DNA from: a virus
DNA length: 40,633 bases
Virus genome (UHGV): UHGV-0140992
Strand: one strand, 5' to 3'
Below the pieces are notes generated by a model, which had not been told where the DNA came from, did not search any database, and was given only the letters and a program-made list of their open reading frames with translations. The translations under genes were made by a program, and so were the position numbers. Positions 1 to 8,260 of the stretch are shown in pieces (within the stretch, counting starts at the first letter, position 1; each line of letters starts with the position of its first letter).

Positions 1-1427
1 AAGCACCAGTCAACAATGCTGTGCTTCTGAAAAAGATGATTGGCAAGGATAGTAAGGTCGTTCCCCTGATAGCCGTCAACATCGAATGAGTAGGCCAGAT
101 CACGGACAACACTGCCTTTCTCCTGGACGAACAGAGCAATATTCGCCACGGCAATTGGTGGGACATTGCTCGAGCCATTTGATCCCTGAGAGCTGAATGC
201 AAATGATGATGGGGTAAGCACTTTGTTCTGGTCGCCAGTGATGACGTACTCACCTCCGGAAGTCAGCGCCACCAGCGAACCAACATCAATCAGGTGACGG
301 ATCTCATTAACCTGACGCCCGGCATAGGTGTAGATAATTCTGTCGTCATCCTGCGTAGGATTGCTTTTGCCAAAATCCTTATAATCCCCAGTACGGCTGG
401 CCCAGATAGTCTGAGGGAACGCAGTCGATGCGGCGAAGTAAAGACGCTGTTGATAATAAACAACAGTGCCAGGATAACCATTAACACTGTTCCAGGCATA
501 TTTAGCCCATTTATAGCTGGCATTATCCTCGCCAACGACCTGCGAAGGGATATAGGAAATCACCTCGGCAGTTGCAGTAGTGCCATTTGCAGCAGTGATA
601 CGGGCAATGCCAAAACCACTGTGCAGATACTCCCACTCAATGCCAGTATCATCATCACCGGATCCGCCCCAGCCATCCCATGATGTGCCTTCTGTATGCG
701 AAGGGCGCAAAGTACCTGTTTTGCCTGCTGTAACGGCGCGATAGTAGTTACTGTCTGCACGGCGAATATCGCCAATCGACGTACTCTTACTGGTTTCCCA
801 TACAGGTACTGAATCCACTGCAGGCTGTTCCAGATAGAACAATTTGCCTACCTGCTCCGCGCCAAAAATAGAGACGCTTGCCGTTAACGTAATTGTCCCG
901 GTGCTGGCGCTGGCATAAACCGTCACTGACTCATCAATATTGATATCTTCAAATGGCCCGTTCTTCGTTACCACATCAACCAGTTGCCAGTTGTCATGCG
1001 CATAGCGACGCAACTCTTTCGGCGGGTATGCCGGATGAACAAGCGTAAGCACGTCTGCGCTTTGCGTGAATTTAATTCGGAACAGATCGGCTTCAGTATA
1101 TGGCGTGGCAATTTCATAAATAACATTGCTGCTGTTCAGCACCAACGCACCATCTTTGATAACGCGCATGTACTGGTGTCCGAACTCCAGAGCATAGGTC
1201 TGAACCGTCGAGAACTGGAACGGGATCAGGCGGCATTTCCGATTTGGGTATTTGGCGGCACCGACAAAACGCGTACCAGGTCGATTCTCAACGCCGCCAT
1301 ACTGCCGCACGATAAAGTTATCGCACTTGCGCAATGCCACCTGGTACTTCGCCATGTCGATACGTCCGTACAACGACGGTCCAATCTCACCACCAGCAAA
1401 GCTGGGCTGGATCCAACTGATAGCCAT
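1..1427 (-). CDS. tail tubular protein B-like (T7 gp12-like), N-terminal ~475 codons; gene runs off the window start and resumes in frame at the window end
   Basis: ATG at 1427-1425 overlaps the upstream stop (ATGA); manual minus-strand translation 1427->3 is stop-free (MAISWIQPSFAGGEIGPSLYGRIDMAKYQ...); N-terminus resembles T7 gp12; follows a gp11-like gene. Confidence 0.55.
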   Translation of the reverse strand, partial: MAISWIQPSFAGGEIGPSLYGRIDMAKYQVALRKCDNFIVRQYGGVENRPGTRFVGAAKYPNRKCRLIPFQFSTVQTYALEFGHQYMRVIKDGALVLNSSNVIYEIATPYTEADLFRIKFTQSADVLTLVHPAYPPKELRRYAHDNWQLVDVVTKNGPFEDINIDESVTVYASASTGTITLTASVSIFGAEQVGKLFYLEQPAVDSVPVWETSKSTSIGDIRRADSNYYRAVTAGKTGTLRPSHTEGTSWDGWGGSGDDDTGIEWEYLHSGFGIARITAANGTTATAEVISYIPSQVVGEDNASYKWAKYAWNSVNGYPGTVVYYQQRLYFAASTAFPQTIWASRTGDYKDFGKSNPTQDDDRIIYTYAGRQVNEIRHLIDVGSLVALTSGGEYVITGDQNKVLTPSSFAFSSQGSNGSSNVPPIAVANIALFVQEKGSVVRDLAYSFDVDGYQGNDLTILANHLFQKHSIVDWC

Positions 1428-2035
1428 CAGGACAACCTCGCAATGGTAAACTCGTCAACCGGTGGCTGTGGTTCCTGTGATTCATTCTGGCTATGCGAGC
1501 CAGCACTAAGAATCACGCGATTGTACATATTGAGAGCAAATGTACCGAGATCCGCATTCCCAGTCAGCGCCATGTTAATGGCTGCCGCAAGACGCCAGGC
1601 CAGCGCCTCCATAAAAATGGCATCAAACATGTTTACATCTGAAACGCGAGAGACATACTTGAGCCATGCCTGAGGCTGGTCTGTGTAGATCAACTTTCCT
1701 GTTCCGTTGGTGTCTGCACCAACTTCGTACTGAACGCGCATTGCTGCTGTTGGATTGCGTACACCAGGAAGCATAATTTCAGTAATGCGCAGACAATCTG
1801 ACGGGTACTGGTACGCATATTCCCAGTCAGGCGGTGGATTGCTCGTATCTGCAAGCGCCACGCGTTTGGTAGCAAAGTTCCAGTCAAAATCAGAAAGCAC
1901 AGCATCACGGCAGGCCTCAAAGTGCAGCGAACATTCCCCCGCTTCCTTGCTGGCTTCCGTCAGGCTGTTAATGCTGCGGCTGTTGCCAATATTGGACAGC
2001 GCACGATTACAGATCTCTACTACAGAGGCCATCAC
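1427..2035 (-). CDS. tail tubular protein A-like (T7 gp11-like), 202 aa
   Basis: ORF track; size and position as T7 gp11, immediately before the gp12-like gene; N-terminal similarity by recall only. Confidence 0.45.
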   Translation of the reverse strand: MMASVVEICNRALSNIGNSRSINSLTEASKEAGECSLHFEACRDAVLSDFDWNFATKRVALADTSNPPPDWEYAYQYPSDCLRITEIMLPGVRNPTAAMRVQYEVGADTNGTGKLIYTDQPQAWLKYVSRVSDVNMFDAIFMEALAWRLAAAINMALTGNADLGTFALNMYNRVILSAGSHSQNESQEPQPPVDEFTIARLS

Positions 2036-2361
2036 TCACCTCCGTTACCGTACAGAGTTTCAGCCGCTGATTTTTCTACATCCCCGGAAACAGGAGCGAT
2101 CGCCATATCAGTGATCTGCAGATCGGCGCTGCGATTAACACCATCGTCAGTTTCTTTGGCAGACAGGCCTCGAATAACAGCCTTTGCAGTTATCATCACT
2201 TCTGTTCCGACGCCCTGAGGTTGCGCCTTCAGCTTATTCAATGTGTCGTTATTAAGAGTGATGCACAGCCCCCACGGGTATTCATCGCGAGTTCTGGTTT
2301 CTCCGCTCTCATCCTGGTAGCTGTCAGTGCCGGTTTTGAGGTTTACGAGTTCCATATACAC
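2032..2361 (-). CDS. hypothetical virion-module protein, 109 aa
   Basis: ORF track; co-oriented and tightly packed within the structural operon. Confidence 0.4.
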   Translation of the reverse strand: MYMELVNLKTGTDSYQDESGETRTRDEYPWGLCITLNNDTLNKLKAQPQGVGTEVMITAKAVIRGLSAKETDDGVNRSADLQITDMAIAPVSGDVEKSAAETLYGNGGE

Positions 2362-2371
2362 TCCTGCAATA

Positions 2372-2389
2372 AAGGGGCCGAAGCCCCTT
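2372..2389 (-). other. GC-rich RNA hairpin between structural genes
   Basis: aaggggc-cgaa-gcccctt inverted repeat between the 114-aa and 109-aa ORFs. Confidence 0.3.
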
Positions 2390-2405
2390 GTCTGATCCGC
2401 GAGGC

Positions 2406-2750
2406 TTACACGCCCAGTTCTTTACGCTTATCTGCGATCTTCTCGCGGAGCGTTTCGGCTTTGGCGTTATGGTGTGGCTTCTCGTTAAAGAGCAATTCGT
2501 ACTCTTCACGGAGCTTATCCAGTTCACCATCATCTGACACGTCGTTGATGATTTTGGTGCTGGTTGCTGCCATTGACACCTTTCCTGCAACTTTTGCTTT
2601 TGCCTGTCTGGCTGCATCGTTAACAGGTTCCAGTGCGCTACCAGGCTCACCTTCGTATTCGATTTCTGCCCCCTCCGGCCACAGAGTGTTATGGATATGA
2701 GAGAGGCGCAGAACGCGGTATCTTGGTTTCTCACCTGACATCGATATCAC
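2406..2750 (-). CDS. hypothetical virion-module protein, 114 aa
   Basis: ORF track; co-oriented with the structural operon. Confidence 0.4.
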   Translation of the reverse strand: MISMSGEKPRYRVLRLSHIHNTLWPEGAEIEYEGEPGSALEPVNDAARQAKAKVAGKVSMAATSTKIINDVSDDGELDKLREEYELLFNEKPHHNAKAETLREKIADKRKELGV

Positions 2751-2751
2751 C

Positions 2752-3189
2752 TTAACCAGTTACTTTTGAGCGGATCGGATACGGCGTATTGGCATCAACA
2801 TCAAGACTGATACCAGCAGTGAATTCGCCAGCCGTTAGTGGGCCAGTTGCGACGGAGTAGTTAACACGCAGATATCGCTGAACACCGGCAGGCACCTTTG
2901 CAGAAACAACTCGTTTACCTGCTGTCAGGGCGGTCTTTGCCAGTGCGCCACTATCATAAATAGTGGTCCATGATCTGTTATTCTCACTCGTCTGCAACTG
3001 GATGTTTACAGTTGCATCACCGCTTGCTGCGGCGGCTGTGTTAACCAGCGCCCAAAACTCAAGCGGGTAACCCACGCCGATATCACGACGTTTTCCGTCA
3101 ATTGGACCGAGATCGATTACGTCAGTAGAAGCCGCGGTATTCGTAACCGCCTGAGCTTCGGAGAACATCAACAGTTTGTCGGTGATCAT
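2752..3189 (-). CDS. hypothetical capsid-associated protein, 145 aa
   Basis: ORF track; immediately downstream of the major capsid gene. Confidence 0.4.
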   Translation of the reverse strand: MITDKLLMFSEAQAVTNTAASTDVIDLGPIDGKRRDIGVGYPLEFWALVNTAAAASGDATVNIQLQTSENNRSWTTIYDSGALAKTALTAGKRVVSAKVPAGVQRYLRVNYSVATGPLTAGEFTAGISLDVDANTPYPIRSKVTG

Positions 3190-3204
3190 CTTCTTTCTCC
3201 ATTA

Positions 3205-3224
3205 GTGGGTCTGTTACGACCCAC
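3205..3224 (-). other. stem-loop directly downstream of the capsid gene
   Basis: gtgggtc-tgttac-gacccac, 7-bp stem, about 17 nt after the capsid stop; no U-run. Confidence 0.3.
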
Positions 3225-3240
3225 AGGTTAATAACAGGCG

Positions 3241-4233
3241 TTACACCACGCGGGCTTCTGTTTCCAGAAGCGCATCAGTTTCACGGATTGGTACACCACG
3301 GAATGAAGTCCACCACTCGCCTTCTGTCTCTTTTACGCTGATAGCCAGAGATGTTTTCTCCAGAGACTGCAGATCAAGAGCCTGGCCTACAGTGCGGTTC
3401 ATGTAGAACACCGGGCGGCCCATGCCACGGTTTGGAATGCGATGTAGTGCTTTAACCATCAACTTCGCAATATTTGCGGCAGAGGATGGTTCTGAAAGAT
3501 TGCTGACATCGATGTTTGCAATGCGAACAACATAACGCCAGTCACGCAGAGCAAGTCCGTTATCCCATTTGTAATGGGTGCGATAGCCTTCGTACTTGCC
3601 GCCATTAGCATCTTCCAGTGTCACCTGGCCTTTATCTTCCATCTGGATGCCAGCCTTCTGCCCTTTCGGGAAGATGCCATGCACGGTGTTTTCGCCCCAC
3701 ACCACTAACCAGATTGAGGTGTTATCTGTACCCGTGCCACCAGCATCAATGATGTTCTGAGCATTACCCGCAGACAGGCTGGAATAGCGGGAGGACAGTC
3801 CCATAAACTGCTGAGGGTTAACGCTGGAATCACCATAAAACAGCGTCTGCGCCATCTGCTGATTCATCGCTTCAATAAATGCGCGGTCTTCAGACAGGCG
3901 GAATTCGGCGGTATTGCCGTTCAGATCAGCCAGTGACTTATCGACTTCCGCATAGGTTTCCAGCATGCCAACGGAATCGGTTACCTGCACTGTGGTTGAT
4001 TTGCTTGGCTGTACGCCATAGTTCAGCAAACGCCAGGTAGCTGAAGGTAAACCAGAACGAATGGTGGTTCGGTGTCCGGTAGGAAGGTTCCCTTCGACAA
4101 AAGGCATATCCTGAAGGATCGGGTTAGTTTGACCGAGAAGCTCGATAATCTTATCGACTTTCCCGTTTGGATCGACGCGCTTACCCCAGTCAGCCAGCGT
4201 TAGCGCAGTTAAGCCTTTAACAGCCATTGTCAT
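3241..4233 (-). CDS. major capsid protein, 330 aa
   Basis: ORF track; follows the scaffold gene, typical size; assignment by gene order and composition. Confidence 0.65.
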   Translation of the reverse strand: MTMAVKGLTALTLADWGKRVDPNGKVDKIIELLGQTNPILQDMPFVEGNLPTGHRTTIRSGLPSATWRLLNYGVQPSKSTTVQVTDSVGMLETYAEVDKSLADLNGNTAEFRLSEDRAFIEAMNQQMAQTLFYGDSSVNPQQFMGLSSRYSSLSAGNAQNIIDAGGTGTDNTSIWLVVWGENTVHGIFPKGQKAGIQMEDKGQVTLEDANGGKYEGYRTHYKWDNGLALRDWRYVVRIANIDVSNLSEPSSAANIAKLMVKALHRIPNRGMGRPVFYMNRTVGQALDLQSLEKTSLAISVKETEGEWWTSFRGVPIRETDALLETEARVV

Positions 4234-4241
4234 TTCCTCTC

Positions 4242-4943
4242 TTATTTGCCATAGAGCACTTCGGCCGCACTACGCTGGCCTTCATTACCACCGGTGACCA
4301 TGCCATCTTCAGACATCGCCTTTCCGATTTTCACGAACGTTTTGACCAGATCAGGGTGATTACCCAGCCCGGTGGTGTTCAGATATTCTTTGAGTTCAGG
4401 TGTCCCGAACTGGTCAAGCGCACGCTGTGCGGCGCTAAGGTTAGAAATCAACTTGTCGCCACCGATTTCTTTGTCGGCTTTTACATCCGCAGCCCACTGC
4501 TCGGTTGTTTTCTGCCAGGCTTCTGCCTGGCGCTGCTGAACACCTGCCAGAATCTTCGGATAAGCATCAACCAGCTTTTGCGCTTGCTCGTTGGTCAGGT
4601 TTAGTTCTCGCGCCACCGGCTCGAATTCCTTCAACGCTTCTGTATCCAGCTCTACGCCTTCGGCAGCCTGAAACTCGTACTTTTCAGGCGCACCCTCTGG
4701 TTTATCGCCGTCCTTTTTTTCATCCTGCTTATCGTTTTCAGGCTTTTTGTCATCAGCAGGTTTATCGCCATCAGCAACAGGTTGTGGCTTATCACCTTCC
4801 TGTTGTGATGGATCACCAACTGGAGCAGGGTTATCACCTGCAGGCGCTGACGGTTCTGACGCAGCCGGAGCTGCTCCACCATCGACTGGTTGCTCATTGC
4901 AAAGACGGCGATACAGCAAACGCTCAAATAAATTCATGATCAC
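4242..4943 (-). CDS. scaffolding protein, 233 aa
   Basis: acidic, Pro/Ala/Asp/Lys-rich low-complexity N-terminus; located between portal and capsid. Confidence 0.6.
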   Translation of the reverse strand: MIMNLFERLLYRRLCNEQPVDGGAAPAASEPSAPAGDNPAPVGDPSQQEGDKPQPVADGDKPADDKKPENDKQDEKKDGDKPEGAPEKYEFQAAEGVELDTEALKEFEPVARELNLTNEQAQKLVDAYPKILAGVQQRQAEAWQKTTEQWAADVKADKEIGGDKLISNLSAAQRALDQFGTPELKEYLNTTGLGNHPDLVKTFVKIGKAMSEDGMVTGGNEGQRSAAEVLYGK

Positions 4944-5236
4944 TCCTGTTCACTGGCCTCTTTGGCCATCTTCAAATACTGTTCAGGGCAATGCGCCATA
5001 ACGCGCTGAAACAGTTCCAGCGCCAGATTGCGTTGCCCCTCATTAAATGCCATTGCCATAGCATCCATCGGAGAGATAGCGGAAAACACCCGGCCTTTCT
5101 CCAGCACCGACCAGACAACGCGACGCCCCTGTTCACTGCTCATGACAAAGCGAATGTCATCAATTTCACGCTGTGCCATGTCACGTTGCTTACGGGCGTT
5201 TTCTTCTTTCAGTTGATCGTCTTCGAAATCTGTCAT
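4940..5236 (-). CDS. hypothetical small protein, 98 aa
   Basis: ORF track; overlaps portal stop and scaffold start (translational coupling). Confidence 0.4.
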   Translation of the reverse strand: MTDFEDDQLKEENARKQRDMAQREIDDIRFVMSSEQGRRVVWSVLEKGRVFSAISPMDAMAMAFNEGQRNLALELFQRVMAHCPEQYLKMAKEASEQE

Positions 5237-6912
5237 TGTGATTGCCCACCCTGACCACTAACTGCATTCGCCATAGCTGACAAAACACTCGGATCCGAAG
5301 TTTTAGCTTCGCTTAGCGTCTTGGCACCCTGTGCCGCCGCCATCCCCATCGCCATCATTTGTTGCTGCTGTTGTTGCTGTGCCCGTTGCTGGCGAGCCTG
5401 CTCAACCTGTTCCTGCGGAACAATGACGGTTGGAGACACTCCGGACATATCAGCGAATGCATCGATCGCCTGATCAACGTTGAGTTTGTCGAGAGCTTCT
5501 GGTTTCGCTTGCGCAAGTTGACCAATGAAGTTAACCGTGGACGCCAGACTGGACAGGCCGATAGACTTCTGCGCCTGAGCCATGACGGAAATGTATTCGA
5601 CCTTCAGGGGCATGCCTTCCATCGCGTCAGGCGGTGTCGGCAGCATGTTTTTACGCACCATCATCGAGAAAGCGCGGTCAATGAGAGGATTAAGACATTC
5701 GTCGTTCAGACGCTCCAGAACCGGCCCCAACATCAGAAGTTTTTCTTCTTTCATTTCGATCACCGCTTCAACAGGCATCGAGCGGGTATTGATGTTCTGC
5801 AACATCATGAACAGATCGACAAAGTAGGCGCTGTTAATGATTTGACGGGTGTCCTGAATGTCTGCCACCAAATCTGCTGTACTGGGGTTAACCAGATAAG
5901 CAGGCCTGAAACCATCCTGACCAGTAATCTGATCGATATACGTGATGTCGCCAGGAAGAAGGGAGGCACGCTGATTCTTGAGGGAAGTCGGAGCAACCAT
6001 CGGCGGATTGGTGGCTTTATCAATCAACTGCGACTTGCGCTTCTGGAGAAGCTGCAATGCCTTAACAGGTCCAAGCGCCAGCATACCCGGGCATGATGAT
6101 CCATAAACATCTTCGCCGTTAACTTCCCAGCGCGGAGCCATAATTGGAAACTCATCGAATCCGGACTCACGCAACAACTTGTCGTTATCGCCACCAACCT
6201 CGTAATAAACCGATTTGAATGGCTTGTTCTTGCTATCCAGCTTCGATGTATCGCGGTCAATGTTCGGGTAAACCGAATGCATCACTTCAATCCACTTCTC
6301 GTAGGTGCCGCTTTCCCACATGCTTTTTACGGATTCGCTGACGTTATTTAGCCCGAACTCCTGAACAAGCTGACGAACAGTCATAGAGAACTTGCGAAAA
6401 CAGGTGTCCACACTGCCACGAGGTGAGTTAGCCAGGTAGTAACTGCCTATCGGGAATGGCATTGTGCGAATGATGTCCTCGTCATCCTCCAGCACCGCCA
6501 TTGCACCAGTGCTGTATGTGCCGAGGCTTCCGTATAACTGCGGAAGAGACTGGTAGAGATTCGACTTATTGAACATATCGTTCATGCGGTTCTGAACTGC
6601 CTCAAGCCACAACTTAACAGGGCCATAGTCCATCATTTCAGGATCTGGCGTAGCCAGGCGAAACCACGGACGGGCGGGGCTTGTTATGCCTGACATCATG
6701 CCGCTGGCAAGAGTGCGCGCCGCCATAGTCCCGGTCGAATCAATAATGCGTGTATTGCGTCGATCGTTACGGTTAACCTCAGAAGTCAGAAAGCGGGAAC
6801 CACGCGGGTTGATGTAATCACTCAACTCGCGCCAGTGCGGCTCGAACGACTGACGCTCGCTTTCAAGTTGTGCGAACTGTTTGTTCAATCGCTCTTTAGT
6901 TGTTTCCGCCAT
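5233..6912 (-). CDS. portal (head-to-tail connector) protein, 559 aa
   Basis: downstream of terminase; Gln/Ala/Met-rich C-terminal tail resembles the T7 gp8 C-terminus; GGAG RBS upstream. Confidence 0.8.
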   Translation of the reverse strand: MAETTKERLNKQFAQLESERQSFEPHWRELSDYINPRGSRFLTSEVNRNDRRNTRIIDSTGTMAARTLASGMMSGITSPARPWFRLATPDPEMMDYGPVKLWLEAVQNRMNDMFNKSNLYQSLPQLYGSLGTYSTGAMAVLEDDEDIIRTMPFPIGSYYLANSPRGSVDTCFRKFSMTVRQLVQEFGLNNVSESVKSMWESGTYEKWIEVMHSVYPNIDRDTSKLDSKNKPFKSVYYEVGGDNDKLLRESGFDEFPIMAPRWEVNGEDVYGSSCPGMLALGPVKALQLLQKRKSQLIDKATNPPMVAPTSLKNQRASLLPGDITYIDQITGQDGFRPAYLVNPSTADLVADIQDTRQIINSAYFVDLFMMLQNINTRSMPVEAVIEMKEEKLLMLGPVLERLNDECLNPLIDRAFSMMVRKNMLPTPPDAMEGMPLKVEYISVMAQAQKSIGLSSLASTVNFIGQLAQAKPEALDKLNVDQAIDAFADMSGVSPTVIVPQEQVEQARQQRAQQQQQQQMMAMGMAAAQGAKTLSEAKTSDPSVLSAMANAVSGQGGQSQ

Positions 6913-6926
6913 TTCAATGACTCCGG

Positions 6927-7133
6927 TTACTGACCAAGCAGCGTTTTACCGCTGGTATTAGCGGTTGATGTGTCGCCCTGAGAACCGGTAAGCAGCGTAG
7001 AACTACGACCAGCAGCAGCGCGACGGCGACGAGTTTCTTCGTCGCGGGCATCAACAACGGCGGCATCCTGCTCCTGTGGTGCTGCCTGAACTTCTGGTGT
7101 TGCAGGCACTGATGGTGAGCTACCCATGCACAT
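6927..7133 (-). CDS. possible small protein upstream of portal, 68 aa
   Basis: ORF track; GGAGTCATTGA-ATG context nearly identical to the portal start context. Confidence 0.25.
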   Translation of the reverse strand: MCMGSSPSVPATPEVQAAPQEQDAAVVDARDEETRRRRAAAGRSSTLLTGSQGDTSTANTSGKTLLGQ

Positions 7134-7223
7134 ATCAATGACTCCGTACGCAATTAAATTATTACCAATTTAACCACATATGATTTATTTATCGTAGGTA
7201 GTTGACATTTAACGCACAAATTA

Positions 7224-7238
7224 TTACCTTTCAGGTAA
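7224..7238. promoter_or_regulatory. TTACCTTTCAGGTAA, operator-type inverted repeat (TTACC-N5-GGTAA family)
   Basis: perfect 5-bp half-sites; same 15-mer recurs at 28399; TTGACA hexamer about 20 bp upstream. Confidence 0.45.
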
Positions 7239-7560
7239 CCAAAGAGTTCATTCCGGTTACTAACCTGACTGGCTTGTCGTTAAATTGAACAGGTGGAGTG
7301 AGCTTTTATTTTGAGCAGTACGGCGTATGGCACATGCGCCGATAGCGGTCTGGATACGTTTAAGGGGCACCCTCCCTTGCTCGGGCAAACGAACCAGGTA
7401 GCCGGAATGTGCAAGTCGAGCGGTTTTATTCCGCGCACGGGGATTCACCATCCCGGCGATTCGGTGTGACGCCTCGGAAGAGACGAGGGTACAACGATGA
7501 GAGCATTTATGGAGCCGCGACAAAGTGTGGCGCCTTAACAGGCTAAGTGCTCTCAGCGTT

Positions 7561-7637
7561 GTGGCATTAGCTCAGTTGGACAGAGCAACCGCCTTCTAAG
7601 CGGTTGGTCGCAGGTTCGAATCCTGCATGCCACGCCA
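7561..7637 (+). tRNA. tRNA-Arg (anticodon TCT)
   Basis: cloverleaf folded by hand: acceptor GTGGCAT/ATGCCAC, D-arm GCTC..GAGC, anticodon stem ACCGC/GCGGT with loop CTTCTAA, T-arm GCAGG-TTCGAAT-CCTGC, discriminator G plus CCA; close to E. coli argU. Confidence 0.85.
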
Positions 7638-7680
7638 GAATCACGCCTAAGGACCGTGATGCCAGAAGTTCCAGGTGCTT

Positions 7681-7722
7681 GGCGGTGATGGTTTCCCTTG
7701 AAGGACTATCACCGCCCTTTTT
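7681..7722 (+). terminator. intrinsic terminator downstream of the tRNA
   Basis: GGCGGTGAT ... ATCACCGCC 9-bp stem followed by CTTTTT. Confidence 0.55.
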
Positions 7723-7750
7723 ACAGCAGGACGCCATTGCGATGACTTCA

Positions 7751-7770
7751 TGCTGTAAACCAGTACAGCC
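7751..7770 (+). promoter_or_regulatory. weak LexA-box-like site (CTGT-N8-ACAG)
   Basis: TGCTGTAAACCAGTACAGCC about 70 bp upstream of the 7838 ORF; spacer not AT-rich. Confidence 0.25.
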
Positions 7771-7800
7771 ACGGAAGGCATAACTCATTGCTTCCAGTTC

Positions 7801-7825
7801 GCCCGGTTCGTCCGGGCATTTTTTT
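7801..7825 (+). terminator. intrinsic terminator
   Basis: GCCCGG-ttcgt-CCGGGC followed by ATTTTTTT. Confidence 0.5.
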
Positions 7826-7837
7826 AAGGTGAAAATC

Positions 7838-8170
7838 ATGAAAGAGAAGACTGCAGCTGAGCGCTATGCCGCAGCTATCAATGCCGCGATGGCGATTGTA
7901 AACCTGCGTGAAGAGATTAAAGATCTCCTTGCAATTATCCATAACAACCTGACATGTACAGAGTTGCTTGGCGGTCAGTACAACGGTGAGGCGGTGAAGG
8001 AGGCATTTAAAAATGCCGAGGTAGGAATAATTCCAGCAAACTATGTCAAGGCTGAATGTGTGCTCCTAAAGGCACGAGTGAGTCTGCATGAAGATCCTGG
8101 TAATCTCGGTCGAACTGCAATGCGTTACGTGATAGACGAGTCGAATGCCAAACACAATCTACCGAAATAA
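7838..8170 (+). CDS. hypothetical moron protein, 111 aa (track start 7829 is GTG; ATG at 7838)
   Basis: ORF track; opposite strand to flanking terminase and portal; GGTG RBS. Confidence 0.45.
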   Translation: MKEKTAAERYAAAINAAMAIVNLREEIKDLLAIIHNNLTCTELLGGQYNGEAVKEAFKNAEVGIIPANYVKAECVLLKARVSLHEDPGNLGRTAMRYVIDESNAKHNLPK

Positions 8171-8174
8171 CACC

Positions 8175-8186
8175 GTGACATGTCAC
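8175..8186. repeat. perfect palindrome GTGACATGTCAC, copy 1 of 3
   Basis: exact 12-mer shared with 10440 and 31612; intergenic. Confidence 0.6.
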
Positions 8187-8260
8187 AAACAGACAGCCTA
8201 TGAGCTGGCTTTGTTTTATCCTCACCAGAGGATATCAACGACATTATCCCCACCAGCGGA

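Noticed and set aside
984-1673. 229-aa plus-strand ORF (also 294..683 and 1252..1449) antisense to the tail tube B-like gene
   Set aside because: Embedded antisense to a long stop-free minus-strand frame; odd composition; no RBS noted. Treated as shadow ORFs.
5359-6096. 245-aa plus-strand ORF antisense to the portal gene
   Set aside because: Begins in a Leu-rich run mirroring the portal poly-Gln region and lies wholly inside the portal gene on the opposite strand.
6914-7153. 79-aa minus-strand ORF overlapping the 68-aa candidate in another frame
   Set aside because: Implausible composition; the alternative frame 6927..7133 has the RBS.
7390-7420. Short similarity (tgcaagtcgagcgg) to the 5-prime region of 16S rRNA
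   Set aside because: Only about 12 nt; no extended rRNA-like sequence; taken as coincidence.
7260-7523. 87-aa minus-strand ORF upstream of the tRNA
   Set aside because: His/Arg/Cys-rich implausible composition with no RBS; region more likely non-coding.
8175-8186. Reading GTGACATGTCAC as a CRP site
   Set aside because: CRP needs TGTGA-N6-TCACA; here the half-site spacing is 4 and the flanks do not fit.
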